Assembly (NCBI GenBank): GCA_945891385.1
Contig: CAMDDJ010000012.1
Span: 1,940 to 65,939 of the forward strand
DNA from: Candidatus Kuenenia stuttgartensis
GTDB taxonomy: Bacteria > Planctomycetota > Planctomycetia > Pirellulales > UBA1268
DNA length: 64,000 nucleotides
Reading direction: 5' to 3'
Positions 7,005-16,657 of the stretch are shown one piece after another. Under the pieces are notes generated by a model. That model saw only the letters and a list, made by a program, of their open reading frames with translations, was not told the origin of the DNA and made no database searches. Both the position numbers and the translations under genes were made by a program. How positions within the stretch are numbered: position 1 is the first letter of the stretch; every line of letters starts with the position of its first letter.

Positions 7005-9137
7005 ATGACGACGGCAACGGCGTTCGGGCCCGAGTGCTTCATCAATCGGGAGCTGAGTTGGCTGGAGTTCAATCTCCGCGTGCTGGAGGAGGCGGAAAAC
7101 CCCGACAATCCGTTGATGGAGCGGCTGAAATTCCTGGCCATTTTCAGCTCCAATCTCGACGAGTTCTTCATGGTTCGCGTGGCCGGGCTGCGGGAACAGG
7201 CCTTCGGCGAAAGTGCGCCGCAGGACATCTCGCCCGATGGCATGACGGCCCTGGCCCAACTCAAGGCGATCGCGACCCGGACCCAAGAACTGGTGGCCCG
7301 GCAATATCGCTGCCTGCGGGAGACGATTGGCCCGGCCCTGGAGGGTGAGGGATTTCAGTTGTTGCGATACGCCTCGCTCGTCGGCGAGCAGCGGGAGCAG
7401 GTGGATCGATTCTTTCACGAGCGGGCCCTGCCGATCCTGACGCCGATGGCGGTCGACCCGGCGCATCCCTCGCCGCGGTACCACAACCGCGGGCTGTATC
7501 TCGGTGTGATGCTCCACCGCGCCGTCGGTCTCGGCCCCAAGCAGCTGTTCGCCGTGGTGCAGGTTCCGCAGGTGCTTCCGCGGATCGTCATGCTGCCGGG
7601 CGGCGATCCGGGAAGGATTCCGTTCGTGCTGCTCGAAGATGTGATCTCGGCCCGCCTGCCCGATCTGTTCGGCGGATTCGAGGTCGATTCCTGGACGGCC
7701 TTCCGGATCACCCGCGACAGCGATCTCGAACTCCTCGAGCAGGAGTCGGACGACATGTTGAAGCTGATCGAGGATCGGCTCAAGGCGCGGCAGCGAGGCC
7801 AGGCGGTGCGGCTGGAGATCGCCGCCAGGTCGGACGAGCGGCTGGCTGCCCTGATCATCGACGAGGAAGGGCTGCAGCCGCCGGCGGAAGGGAGTGACGG
7901 CTACACGGATGTCTATCGGATCGACGGCCCGCTCGACCTGACCGCCCTCTGGGAACTCCACAAACTGCCCGGCTTCGAGCGGCTCCACGACAAGCCATTT
8001 ACGCCGCGGCAGCCCCGCGGCCTGGAGCGGCACGCCGACGACCTCTTCAAGGTGATCGCCCAGCGGGACGTGCTCCTCCACCATCCCTATGAGTCGTTCG
8101 ATCCCGTCGTCGAGTTCGTCACCAAGGCGGCCTCTGATCCGCGGGTGCTCGCGATCAAGCAGACGCTCTACCGCACGAGCGGTGACTCGCCGATTTCCCG
8201 GGCGCTGATCGCGGCGGCCGAGTCGGGCAAGCACGTGACGGCGCTCGTGGAACTCAAGGCCCGGTTCGACGAGGCCAACAACGTAAGCTGGGCCCGGCAG
8301 ATGGAGCGGGCTGGCGTGCATGTGGTGTTCGGCTTTCTCGATCTCAAGACCCACTGCAAGGTGTCGCTCGTCGTGCGGCAGGAGGGCTCCGGTCTGCGCC
8401 GCTACGTCCACCTTGGGACGGGCAACTACAACCCCACCACGGCGCTGCTCTACACCGATCTCGGCCTGTTTACGGCCGACGAAGCGATCGCGGAGGACGC
8501 TTCGGCGCTCTTCAATCTCCTGACCGGCTACTCCCAGGGGCATGCCTGGCAGCGATTGATCGTGGCACCGGACCACCTTCACCGGCGCACGCTGGAACTC
8601 ATCGAGGAACAGGCGGGCCGGGCCCGCGAGGGGCGGCCCTCTCGCATCTTCGCCAAGCTCAACTCCCTCGTCGATCACGACGTGATCGAGGCGCTCTACC
8701 GCGCCAGCCAGGCCGGTGTGCCGATCGACATCGTGCCCAGGGGAATCTGCGGGCTCCGCCCGGGTGTGCCCGGCCTCAGTGAGACGATCCGGGTGCGGAG
8801 TATCGTGGATCGGTTTCTGGAGCACAGCCGGATCTACGTCTTCGGCGCGGATGACGAAGCCAAGGTCTTTCTGTCCAGTGCCGACTGGATGCCGCGGAAC
8901 TTCTTCCGTCGGGTCGAGGTGATGTTTCCTGTGCTCGATCCGGCCTTGGTGCGGCGAATTCTCGCCGACATCCTCCCCGTCTATCTGGCCGACAACACCC
9001 GGGCCAGGGTGCTCGACGCCGCCGGTCAGTTTCACCTGCTGCACCCGGCCGAGGGAGAGCCGGCCCGCCGCTGCCAGCATGAGTTCCTGGCCGGCGACAC
9101 GACGTTTGCCGCCCCCGAATCGGTCCACCCGAGTTGA
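7005..9137 (+). CDS. ppk1: Polyphosphate kinase 1
   Basis: FINRELSWLEFNLRVLEEAENPDNPLMERLKFLAIFSSNLDEFFMVRVAGL plus two PLD-like HKD-region blocks (KTHCKVSLVVR; RFLEHSRIYVF). ATG at 7005 (MTTATAFGPECF); the track ORF carries a spurious 124-aa N-terminal extension. Confidence 0.95.
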   Translation: MTTATAFGPECFINRELSWLEFNLRVLEEAENPDNPLMERLKFLAIFSSNLDEFFMVRVAGLREQAFGESAPQDISPDGMTALAQLKAIATRTQELVARQYRCLRETIGPALEGEGFQLLRYASLVGEQREQVDRFFHERALPILTPMAVDPAHPSPRYHNRGLYLGVMLHRAVGLGPKQLFAVVQVPQVLPRIVMLPGGDPGRIPFVLLEDVISARLPDLFGGFEVDSWTAFRITRDSDLELLEQESDDMLKLIEDRLKARQRGQAVRLEIAARSDERLAALIIDEEGLQPPAEGSDGYTDVYRIDGPLDLTALWELHKLPGFERLHDKPFTPRQPRGLERHADDLFKVIAQRDVLLHHPYESFDPVVEFVTKAASDPRVLAIKQTLYRTSGDSPISRALIAAAESGKHVTALVELKARFDEANNVSWARQMERAGVHVVFGFLDLKTHCKVSLVVRQEGSGLRRYVHLGTGNYNPTTALLYTDLGLFTADEAIAEDASALFNLLTGYSQGHAWQRLIVAPDHLHRRTLELIEEQAGRAREGRPSRIFAKLNSLVDHDVIEALYRASQAGVPIDIVPRGICGLRPGVPGLSETIRVRSIVDRFLEHSRIYVFGADDEAKVFLSSADWMPRNFFRRVEVMFPVLDPALVRRILADILPVYLADNTRARVLDAAGQFHLLHPAEGEPARRCQHEFLAGDTTFAAPESVHPS

Positions 9138-9349
9138 CCTGAGGAGAGGGAGGTCGGTGCTGGCGGCATCCTCCCGGTTGACGCTTCCGTCTGGGTCGGC
9201 ATGCCTCCGTTCACGGCGTGGCCGCCCCGCCTCGGCATCCCTGGCGTGGCCTGCTCCCAGAACCCGCTCGAGGCCACCGGCAGCCCTTCCGGTCTGCTAA
9301 ACTGCCGAAGAATTGAATCACGAGTAGCGTCAGGATCTGGATCGAACCG

Positions 9350-10315
9350 ATGGCGGAGGATCATTACGAGACACTCGGCGTAGCCCGGACGGCTTCGGCT
9401 GAGGACATTCGCAAGGCCTATCGGGAACTGGCCCGGAAGTATCACCCCGATCTGCATCCCGATGACGATGCGGCGAAAGACAAGTTCAAGCGGGTTCAAA
9501 ACGCTTTCGACGTGCTGAACGACCCGAGCAAGCGGGAGATGTACGACCGTTACGGCCCCGGCTTCGAGGGCGTCGGGCCGGGCGGCCCCCAGGGGGGCTG
9601 GAGCGGGCCCTTTCCGGGTGGCGGTTCCAGCGGATTCGGGGGCGGGGGCGGTGCCGAGATCGATCTCGAGAGTCTGTTCGGCGGAGGCGGTGGCTTCGAG
9701 CAACTCTTCGGCCGAACCGCTGGTGGTGGTCGAGGCAGCCGGCGGCGGTCCGCCGCGCAGCCCGGTCAGGACATCGAGGCCCGGGTCGAGGTACCCTTTC
9801 GTTTGGCCATCGAGGGGGGCAAGACCGAACTCCGGGTCGAACGTGGGGCCGGGAAGACCGAAACGATCAGCGTCACGATTCCCCAGGGTGTGCCGGACGC
9901 CGCCCGGATGCGACTCCGCGGGCAGGGGCTGCCAGGCTCGGGGGGCGGACCGGCCGGTGACCTGCTGCTCGAAGTGCGGATCCAGCCCGATTCGGTCTTT
10001 CGGCGGTCGGGTGACACGCTCGAGCTCCATCTGCCGGTCACGCTCGCCGAGGCGATCGAGGGAGCGAAGGTCGATGTGCCGACTCCGTGGGGCACGATCG
10101 CGTTGCGGATTCCTCCCAAGACGTCGAGTGGCCGCAAGCTTCGCGCGGCAGGGATGGGAGTGCGGCACGCCAACGGGGCCAAAGGCGATCTGATCGCCGA
10201 GGTTCAGATCATGCTGCCTGAGGCGTCCGATCCAGCGGTGGCGGCCCGGCTGCTCGAGGCGGCGCGGGAGGCCCAGCGAGAAGCCTCAGACCCCCGGGCG
10301 ACGCTGCGGTGGTGA
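9350..10315 (+). CDS. J-domain co-chaperone (DnaJ/CbpA class, no zinc-finger region)
   Basis: J domain DHYETLGVARTASAEDIRKAYRELARKYHPDLHPDD, a Gly-rich linker and C-terminal DnaJ_C-like beta domains. No CxxCxGxG repeats. Confidence 0.85.
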   Translation: MAEDHYETLGVARTASAEDIRKAYRELARKYHPDLHPDDDAAKDKFKRVQNAFDVLNDPSKREMYDRYGPGFEGVGPGGPQGGWSGPFPGGGSSGFGGGGGAEIDLESLFGGGGGFEQLFGRTAGGGRGSRRRSAAQPGQDIEARVEVPFRLAIEGGKTELRVERGAGKTETISVTIPQGVPDAARMRLRGQGLPGSGGGPAGDLLLEVRIQPDSVFRRSGDTLELHLPVTLAEAIEGAKVDVPTPWGTIALRIPPKTSSGRKLRAAGMGVRHANGAKGDLIAEVQIMLPEASDPAVAARLLEAAREAQREASDPRATLRW

Positions 10316-10743
10316 GGGTGCACCGGAATGACTTTCCGCGGACGGCCCGCATCCTCAGCCCCGCCGACTTCGCCCGCGTCTACGACAGTCGGTGCAGCGC
10401 CGCCGCCGGTCCACTCGTGCTCTACGCCGCGCCGCGAGGGGAGGCCGCGGCCGACGCCCGGCTGGGCCTCTCGGTCTCACGGCGGATCGGCAATGCCGTC
10501 GTCCGAAATCGGTGGAAGCGGCGGCTGCGGGAGGCGTTTCGACTCGTGCGGTCGCGGCTCCCGGCAGGAACCGATTATGTGATCGTGGTGCGGTCTGGCG
10601 ATCCCGGCCTGGGAGCCGATGCGGCCCGCCGAACGGAGGCGGCGATCGAGTCGCTCGCCGCCCGGGTGACGGGCCGGCCTGGCTATCCCGCGCCGCCGAC
10701 AACGGGTGACGGAGGACGGCCGCGGCGAGGCCGCCGCCGATGA
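10309..10743 (+). CDS. rnpA: Ribonuclease P protein component
   Basis: FPRTARILSPADFARVY...LGLSVSRRIGNAVVRNRWKRRLREAF, the RnpA RNR motif. GTG start overlaps the stop of the DnaJ-like gene. Confidence 0.85.
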   Translation: MVRVHRNDFPRTARILSPADFARVYDSRCSAAAGPLVLYAAPRGEAAADARLGLSVSRRIGNAVVRNRWKRRLREAFRLVRSRLPAGTDYVIVVRSGDPGLGADAARRTEAAIESLAARVTGRPGYPAPPTTGDGGRPRRGRRR

Positions 10744-11012
10744 AGTCGTGGGGCGGATCCATCGTCGCGTTCTTCGCGACCGCGGGTCGGAGCGGTTCCC
10801 GGCTTGGCACCGCATTGCTCGTCGGGATGGTGCTTGTCTACCAACGAACGATCAGCCCGCTTCTGGGCAGGCACTGCCGATACACCCCGAGTTGCAGCCA
10901 CTACTTCCGCCAGGCGGTGGAACGGTACGGTCCGATCCGAGGCAGCTTCAAGGGACTCGCCCGGATCGCCCGCTGCCATCCCTGGAGTCCCGGCGGCCAT
11001 GATCCGCCCTGA
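10740..11012 (+). CDS. yidD: Membrane protein insertion efficiency factor YidD
   Basis: YQRTISPLLGRHCRYTPSCSHYFRQAVERYGPIRGSFKGLARIARCHPWSPGGHDP is the canonical YidD sequence. ATGA overlap with rnpA. Confidence 0.9.
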   Translation: MKSWGGSIVAFFATAGRSGSRLGTALLVGMVLVYQRTISPLLGRHCRYTPSCSHYFRQAVERYGPIRGSFKGLARIARCHPWSPGGHDPP

Positions 11013-11022
11013 CGCTCCGGCC

Positions 11023-11850
11023 TCACTCGGCAGACTTGGGCACCAGATCGAGCAGCCGGCCCGGCGACCCCATGATGTTGTAGCCGGCATCGACGTGGAG
11101 AATCTCGCCAGTGATCCCCAGCGACTCACGCGACAGGAGCCAGGCACCGGCTTTGCCGACTTCCTCGTGGGTGATGTTGCGGCCCATCGGCGACATGTGC
11201 TGGTAGAGCCCGAGCATGTCGTCCACGCCGGCGCCGCGGCCGGCGAGCGTCCGCAGGGGGCCGGCGCTCACGGCATTCACCCGGACGCCGGCGGGACCGA
11301 GGTCGTACGCCATGTATTTGACGCAGGCGTCGAGCGTCGCTTTGCAGACGCCCATGATGTTGTAGCCGGGGACGACCTTCTCGCCGCCGAAGTAGGTGAG
11401 CGTGAGGATCGAGGCATTCGGAGAGAGGATGTCGCGAACCAATCGGCCGACTGCCAGCAGGCTGTAGGCGCTCGTCTCCATGGCCACACGGAACCCATCG
11501 CGACTGCAATTTGTCGTTTCACCCTTGAGGTCTTCCAGCGGGGCGAAGGCGATCGAATGGACGACGAAGTCGAGCGTTCCAAACTCCTGCTTGGCCCGGT
11601 CGATCACGGCCGCGATCTGCGCGTCGTCGGAGACGTCCATCGGCACCAGGAACTTCGCGTTGGGCTCGGGATCGGTGAGTTGGGCCACCCGCCGGCGGTT
11701 CCGCTGTCGCTCGTCGTCGGGGCGGTCAGGGAGATGAGAAAAGCCGATCTGGCCCCCCTCAGCCATGGCCTCCTTGGCGATCGCCCAGGCAATCGAGTGG
11801 TCGTTGGCTACGCCCAAGACGAGCCCCTTCATTCCGTCGAACCTGCCCAT
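11023..11850 (-). CDS. fabI: Enoyl-[acyl-carrier-protein] reductase (NADH) FabI
   Basis: GMKGLVLGVANDHSIAWAIAK... SDR fold with the FabI-type Y..M...K region (SAYSLLAV...YNIMGVCKATLDA). Start taken at ATG 11850. Confidence 0.9.
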   Translation of the reverse strand: MGRFDGMKGLVLGVANDHSIAWAIAKEAMAEGGQIGFSHLPDRPDDERQRNRRRVAQLTDPEPNAKFLVPMDVSDDAQIAAVIDRAKQEFGTLDFVVHSIAFAPLEDLKGETTNCSRDGFRVAMETSAYSLLAVGRLVRDILSPNASILTLTYFGGEKVVPGYNIMGVCKATLDACVKYMAYDLGPAGVRVNAVSAGPLRTLAGRGAGVDDMLGLYQHMSPMGRNITHEEVGKAGAWLLSRESLGITGEILHVDAGYNIMGSPGRLLDLVPKSAE

Positions 11851-12099
11851 CAAAAACCGCTCCTGCACGAGAAATCGAGCCCTGGGGCGACCGCCTGCCG
11901 CATCGACAGCCTACTCGACTGCGGCGGAATGTAGCGGTTCGCCGGAAATCCCTCAACGCGGCCCGGGCCGGCGCACGATCCACCGAGTATCCGCGGAGGG
12001 GAATGGCGGCGAAATGCCGACCCGGTTCCTGCCGCCGCCGCCCGCCCCTTGCCGCCGCCCCTGGTCAGCGGTAGAAAGCGGGGCGGTGGATGCGATTCG

Positions 12100-12173
12100 G
12101 CCCCGTTAGCTCAATTGGTCAGAGCATCTGACTCTTAATCAGAGGGTTCTTGGTTCGAGTCCAAGACGGGGCA
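12100..12173 (+). tRNA. tRNA-Lys (anticodon CUU)
   Basis: The cloverleaf was read by hand. Acceptor GCCCCGT/ACGGGGC, D-arm AGCTCAATTGGTCAGAGC, anticodon stem TCTGA/TCAGA with loop CT-CTT-AA, T-arm CTTGG-TTCGAGT-CCAAG, discriminator A. No encoded CCA. Confidence 0.95.
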
Positions 12174-12178
12174 TTTTC

Positions 12179-12595
12179 TCATTCCGGCAGTCCGTCGCGT
12201 CGGATCGCGAGCCCGTATTTTGCGAACATCCCGGCCAACCGGTCGGTGTCGAAGGGCTTGACGATGAAGTCCAAGGCGCCCAGTTCGATGCACTCCGCCA
12301 ACTTTGTCCGCTGATCGACCGCCGTCACCATCACGACGCGAGCGGCGGGGAATTCGCTGCGGATCGACTGCAGGGCCGCCACCCCGTCGAGATTCGGCAT
12401 CACGATGTCGAGCGTGACGAGGTCGGGCCGCAGGTCGCGATACCGGGCCACGGCCTCGGCGCCGTCGGTCGCCTCGCCGGCCACCTCCCAGCCTGCCGCC
12501 CGGGCGACCATCCCGATCCGCATCCGCATGATCAGGGCGTCGTCCGCGATCAGCAGTCGCGGCGCTCGCGCCGACGGGTCATCGGGATCATCCAT
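12179..12595 (-). CDS. cheY: Chemotaxis response regulator CheY-like (single receiver domain)
   Basis: RLLIADDALIMRMRI...PDLVTLDIVMPNLDG...VVMVTA...DFIVKPF. ATG at 12595; located at the distal end of the che operon. Confidence 0.85.
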   Translation of the reverse strand: MDDPDDPSARAPRLLIADDALIMRMRIGMVARAAGWEVAGEATDGAEAVARYRDLRPDLVTLDIVMPNLDGVAALQSIRSEFPAARVVMVTAVDQRTKLAECIELGALDFIVKPFDTDRLAGMFAKYGLAIRRDGLPE

Positions 12596-12615
12596 CGGTC
12601 TCACCTCACTTGTCG

Positions 12616-13110
12616 TCACAGGGTTTCGATCGCCCGGCCCACCATTTCCACGGTCACCACGCCGGTCGCCACGTCGACCGCGACCCGGCGGCCAGACTCT
12701 CCGCCGCAGGCCCGGGCCGTAATCGGAATGCCGACGAGTGCGAGGGCTCGCTCCAGGGCGGCGACGTTCTGGTCGCCGATCGGCAAGCCTGCGCCGAAGG
12801 CGAACATCTTCGCCCCGCCCGCCAGCTTGGCCGTGCAGGCGACCGGCTCTCCGGCCAGCATACCGAGGAGCCGGAGCATCTCCGGCACGGCCGTGTCGGC
12901 GTATTTTCCCGGTGGGGCGTGGCGGCCGTTCGCAGCCGGAAGCATCACGTGCGCAAGGGCCGCTACCCGGCGGCGACGATCCTGAAGCACCAGGGCGACA
13001 CACGACCCGACGAAGGTCCGCAGCAGGCCCGAGTCGCGGGCCGCGCGGATCTCACCGATCGGGATCGCATCGGAGTGGAAACCGGCCATCCGGTCGGGCA
13101 GGTCCGTCAT
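12616..13110 (-). CDS. cheD: Chemoreceptor glutamine deamidase CheD
   Basis: LRTFVGSCVALVLQD...AALAHVMLP...KYADTAVPEMLRLL...AKLAGGAKMF...IGDQNV match CheD motifs, including the catalytic Cys. ATG at 13110. Confidence 0.85.
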   Translation of the reverse strand: MTDLPDRMAGFHSDAIPIGEIRAARDSGLLRTFVGSCVALVLQDRRRRVAALAHVMLPAANGRHAPPGKYADTAVPEMLRLLGMLAGEPVACTAKLAGGAKMFAFGAGLPIGDQNVAALERALALVGIPITARACGGESGRRVAVDVATGVVTVEMVGRAIETL

Positions 13111-13724
13111 GGACGGCGGTCGCTCCCCGTGGCACCGAACAGGTCCAGCACGGACTGGTCGGGCACGAACACGAGGCCGCAGCGGATCGGAACGCCGTCG
13201 AGCCGAAACGCCGACTCCGCGAGAACCACCGTCTCGGACGCGGCCGCCTGAGACACCACCGCCGCTTCCATGACCGCCGCCGGGTAGTCGTGGATGAACC
13301 AGGGAGGCGACGGCAGAATCCCGCCGGCTCGGTCGCCATGCAGTCCGGCGGCGATCGCGTTGAGGTAGCTGCAGCCGACGATGTTTGCCGTTTCGATCAC
13401 CGCCGACCGTTCCAGTTCTCCCCACTCGCGGGAGCAACCGACCGGTCGGTCCAGGATCAGGTCGGCGAGCGTCAGCCCTGCGGCGTTCGTCGCGGCGAGC
13501 ACGAGCCCGCCGCTGAGGGCTCCGGTCACCTGCATGCCGCAGCCGCAGATCGGCTCCGCGTCGGCTCCACCGAGCACGGCGACGGCGTCCGTCAGCGAGA
13601 CTCTGGCCAAACGGTCGATCAGCATGCTTGCCGGTCGACCGAGCCAGGCGGCAAGCGTCTGTGAGGCCTGGGCTGCCCCGGCGTGAAACAGGGCCGCGAG
13701 ACCATCCTGGTCGTGGGGCATCAT
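13107..13724 (-). CDS. cheC: CheC-family chemotaxis phosphatase
   Basis: 205 aa with the CheC-type motif ELERSAVIETANIVGCSYLNAIA (E..N consensus). ATGA overlaps with cheA upstream and cheD downstream. Confidence 0.7.
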   Translation of the reverse strand: MMPHDQDGLAALFHAGAAQASQTLAAWLGRPASMLIDRLARVSLTDAVAVLGGADAEPICGCGMQVTGALSGGLVLAATNAAGLTLADLILDRPVGCSREWGELERSAVIETANIVGCSYLNAIAAGLHGDRAGGILPSPPWFIHDYPAAVMEAAVVSQAAASETVVLAESAFRLDGVPIRCGLVFVPDQSVLDLFGATGSDRRP

Positions 13725-15784
13725 CGCGGTTCCTCCCCGGCGGACGTGCGGACCGCCATGTCGATCATGGCCGCCGCGTCGATCAGCAGGCAGACCTCGC
13801 CGTCACCCAGAACGCCGGCCCCGCCGAGTCCTCGAACACGGCGAAAGTTGTCGTCCAAAGGCTTGATGACGAGATCGCGGGTCCCCAGCAACGCCGGCAC
13901 GCCGATCGCCGCCACCCGGCCGCCCGCTCGGATCACGAGCACGGCCGCCTGGGGCTCATCCGGCGGTGGACCGCCCGACCAGGCGAACACCCGCCCCAGG
14001 TCCATCAGGGGCAGAAACTCGCCGCGGATGTCGCAGACCCTGCGGCCCGCCACCGAGAGCACCTGTCCGGGAGCGACCGTGACGATCTCCCGGACATGCT
14101 CCACGGGGATCGCGAAGGGCGTGTCAGCGAGCCGCACGAGCATGCACCGTGAGATGGCCAGCGTCAGTGGTAGTCGGATCCTGAAGGTCGTGCCGGCCCC
14201 GAGGGTCGATTCGACCTCGATCGAGCCGCTCAGCCCGGTGATCCGGGTCCGCACGATGTCCATGCCGACGCCCCGGCCGGAAATGTTGGAGACGGCATCG
14301 GCCGTGCTGAACCCCGGCTCCCAGATGAGTTCGATCAGCTCCCGCGGTTGCAGGGCGGCCGCCCGCTCGGCTGGTACGAGCCCGCGGGCGACAGCTCGGC
14401 CGCGAATCTTCTCCGGATCGATGCCGCCGCCGTCGTCGGCGACGGCGATCACGACCTCGTTGCCCCGGTGCGAGGCCTCCAGGCGGAGGGTGGCGATGAC
14501 CGGCTTGCCGGCGGCGGCCCGAACCTCCGCCGACTCGATCCCATGATCGATCGCATTGCGGACGAGGTGCACGAGCGGGTCGCCCAGTTCATCGACCATT
14601 CGCTTGTCGATCTCGGTCTGCTCGCCGACAACCTCCAGCACGACCTCCTTTCCCAGTTCGTACGCGATGTCGCGGACAGAGCGGCGGAAGCGGCCGAACA
14701 GCGGACCGATCGGGACCATGCGGGTGCCGAGCACTCCCCGTTGGAGATTCTCGACGACCCGCGTCAACTGATCGACCGATTCGACGAGTTCTCCATACCG
14801 TCGCTGATGCGCCTCCCACTCCGGGGTCCGAGCCGCGGGCTTGCGAAATACCGGGGCGAGGTCGGCGACGAGCTGAGCGAAGCGGGCACGGTTCACGACC
14901 AGTTCGCCCGCCAGGTCGAGCAGCACGTCGAGCCGATCGACGGCCACCCGCATCGTCTCCGCCACGGCGGCGGGCTCGGGGGCGGCGAGACTGGCGGCCA
15001 CGGAGGTTGCCCCCGCGGTCTCACCGGGCTGTGGCGGTGTCGCGGACTGGGCCGGCTCCGTCGGGTCGAGCTCAACGCTTTCGACGCCATCCGCGTCGGC
15101 CGCACTCAGGATGGCCGCGGGCGTGCTGCCGGAGCGAAGCACCACGTCGAGCACCCGTCGGTCGGGATGGGCGGCGAACTCAGCGGGCGTCGGATCGGAA
15201 CGCACCACGACGCCCAGGCCGGAGAGTCGCTTGAGCAGCAATTGGGCCTTGGCGTCGGGCAGCCCCAGGCCGGCCGCGAGGCGGATCCGCACCAGCCGCT
15301 GCCGCTCCTCACCCAGGGTCGCCTGCGGACCTGCCGGGGCCGACTCGGCCGGCGGGGCCGGGATCGGAGCCGCGGCGGCGAGTCCCTTGACGGCCTCGAT
15401 CAGCGACTCCCCGTGCTCCAACGGCGCGGCCTGTGCCAGACGCTCGTTGCAGCCGCGGAAGTAGTCGACACAGGCGAGCGCCACCTCGATCGTGCGGCGA
15501 TCGACTCCGACGGCGCCCGACCGGAGCCGTTCGAAGTGGCTCTCGAGCTGGTGGGCCACGGCGGTGATCGGATCGAAGCCGAGCATCCCTGCCGAGCCCT
15601 TGATCGAATGGACCATGCGAAAGGCGATGGCGATCTGGTCGGCTTGGGCCGGATCCTGCTCGAGCGCGAGCAGCGCCTGCACCAGCTGATCACATTGATC
15701 GCCGGTCTCGTCGATGAACACCCCGAGGAGCTCCGCCATCTCCGCCGGAGAGAAATCGTTCGTACGCTGGCCGGGGCTGGGCAT
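13721..15784 (-). CDS. cheA: Chemotaxis histidine kinase CheA
   Basis: HPt domain (HSIKGSAGMLGF), HATPase domain (HLVRNAIDHGIE, DDGGGID, GRGVGMD) and a C-terminal CheW-like domain. Confidence 0.95.
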   Translation of the reverse strand: MPSPGQRTNDFSPAEMAELLGVFIDETGDQCDQLVQALLALEQDPAQADQIAIAFRMVHSIKGSAGMLGFDPITAVAHQLESHFERLRSGAVGVDRRTIEVALACVDYFRGCNERLAQAAPLEHGESLIEAVKGLAAAAPIPAPPAESAPAGPQATLGEERQRLVRIRLAAGLGLPDAKAQLLLKRLSGLGVVVRSDPTPAEFAAHPDRRVLDVVLRSGSTPAAILSAADADGVESVELDPTEPAQSATPPQPGETAGATSVAASLAAPEPAAVAETMRVAVDRLDVLLDLAGELVVNRARFAQLVADLAPVFRKPAARTPEWEAHQRRYGELVESVDQLTRVVENLQRGVLGTRMVPIGPLFGRFRRSVRDIAYELGKEVVLEVVGEQTEIDKRMVDELGDPLVHLVRNAIDHGIESAEVRAAAGKPVIATLRLEASHRGNEVVIAVADDGGGIDPEKIRGRAVARGLVPAERAAALQPRELIELIWEPGFSTADAVSNISGRGVGMDIVRTRITGLSGSIEVESTLGAGTTFRIRLPLTLAISRCMLVRLADTPFAIPVEHVREIVTVAPGQVLSVAGRRVCDIRGEFLPLMDLGRVFAWSGGPPPDEPQAAVLVIRAGGRVAAIGVPALLGTRDLVIKPLDDNFRRVRGLGGAGVLGDGEVCLLIDAAAMIDMAVRTSAGEEPR

Positions 15785-15789
15785 CGGGA

Positions 15790-16620
15790 TCAGGGTTTCC
15801 GGTAGGCGAAAGTGGACCGACGCTCGAGTTCCGAGAGGTGCTCGGAGCCTCCATCGGTCGTGCCGACGAGCAAGTATCCCCCCGGCTCGAGCGCGGCAAT
15901 GAGGTTGGCGAGCGCCAGCCGCTTCGATTCACGGTCGAAATAGATCAACACGTTGCGGACCACGATCAGGCTGAAGGGCGGCTCAAGCATCGGATCGAGC
16001 AGGTTGTGCCGCCGAAACTCGCAGAGGCGGGCCGCGGGCGAGCGGACTTTCCACGTTCCAGCCGCCGGATCGGCGGTGAAATGCCGGGCCAGCCGCTCCG
16101 GCGACACCGCTTCGACGGCGCGGTGACCGTACGTCCCCGCCCGGGCGGTCGCCAGGGCTTCCCCGCAGAGGTCGGTGCCGAGCACGGACAGCCGCCAGCC
16201 GGCCAGACGCCCCGCCTGCTCCGTCAGGCACATGGCCAGCGAATAGGCCTCCTCACCGGTGCTGCAGGCGGCCGACCAGATGCGGAGGGTGCGGTCCCGA
16301 CGGCGGCCAGCCGCCGCGGCAGTCAGCTCGTCGAGGAACGGCCCGGCTACCCAGTCGAAATGGGCTGAGGTGCGGAAGAAGTGGGTCTCGTTGGTGGTGA
16401 TCGCGTCGACGAAGGCTTCGAGCTCGTCGCCCTCCTGGTCCGCCAGAAGCAGATCGTAGTAGGCGTCGAAGGAGTCGAGGCCGCGGGCACGCAGCCGCCG
16501 GCGGATCCGGTTCGAGAGCAGCATCACCTTGCCGTCCGCCGTCCGGATGCCGGTCCGTTCGTAGATGAAGGTGGCGAATCGCGCGAACTGCTCCGGGGAG
16601 AGCGTGATCAATCCGTTCAC
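15790..16620 (-). CDS. cheR: Protein-glutamate O-methyltransferase CheR
   Basis: TTNETHFFR, LRIWSAACSTGEEAYSLAM and VRNVLIYFD are CheR SAM-methyltransferase motifs. Confidence 0.9.
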   Translation of the reverse strand: MNGLITLSPEQFARFATFIYERTGIRTADGKVMLLSNRIRRRLRARGLDSFDAYYDLLLADQEGDELEAFVDAITTNETHFFRTSAHFDWVAGPFLDELTAAAAGRRRDRTLRIWSAACSTGEEAYSLAMCLTEQAGRLAGWRLSVLGTDLCGEALATARAGTYGHRAVEAVSPERLARHFTADPAAGTWKVRSPAARLCEFRRHNLLDPMLEPPFSLIVVRNVLIYFDRESKRLALANLIAALEPGGYLLVGTTDGGSEHLSELERRSTFAYRKP

Positions 16621-16657
16621 TGCGGCATCTCCTGGCGGTCGCCCGGCCGCACCACCC

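Noticed and set aside
6699-9128. 809-aa ORF antisense to ppk1. Similar very long antisense or alternative-frame ORFs include 57-1373(+), 9032-10168(-), 14348-15805(+), 16565-17731(+), 17735-19120(+), 19933-20970(-), 20834-22273(-), 22880-24151(+), 25637-27454(+), 30277-32412(+), 36716-38239(-), 41683-42825(-), 42880-44781(-), 44983-46242(-), 46381-48009(-), 59229-60941(+), 61147-62271(-) and 62468-63763(-).
   Set aside because: They lie opposite or out of frame to genes with strong family signatures. Their products are dominated by Arg/Pro/Gly/Ala with no motifs. Very high GC suppresses stop codons in all six frames, so these are shadow ORFs.
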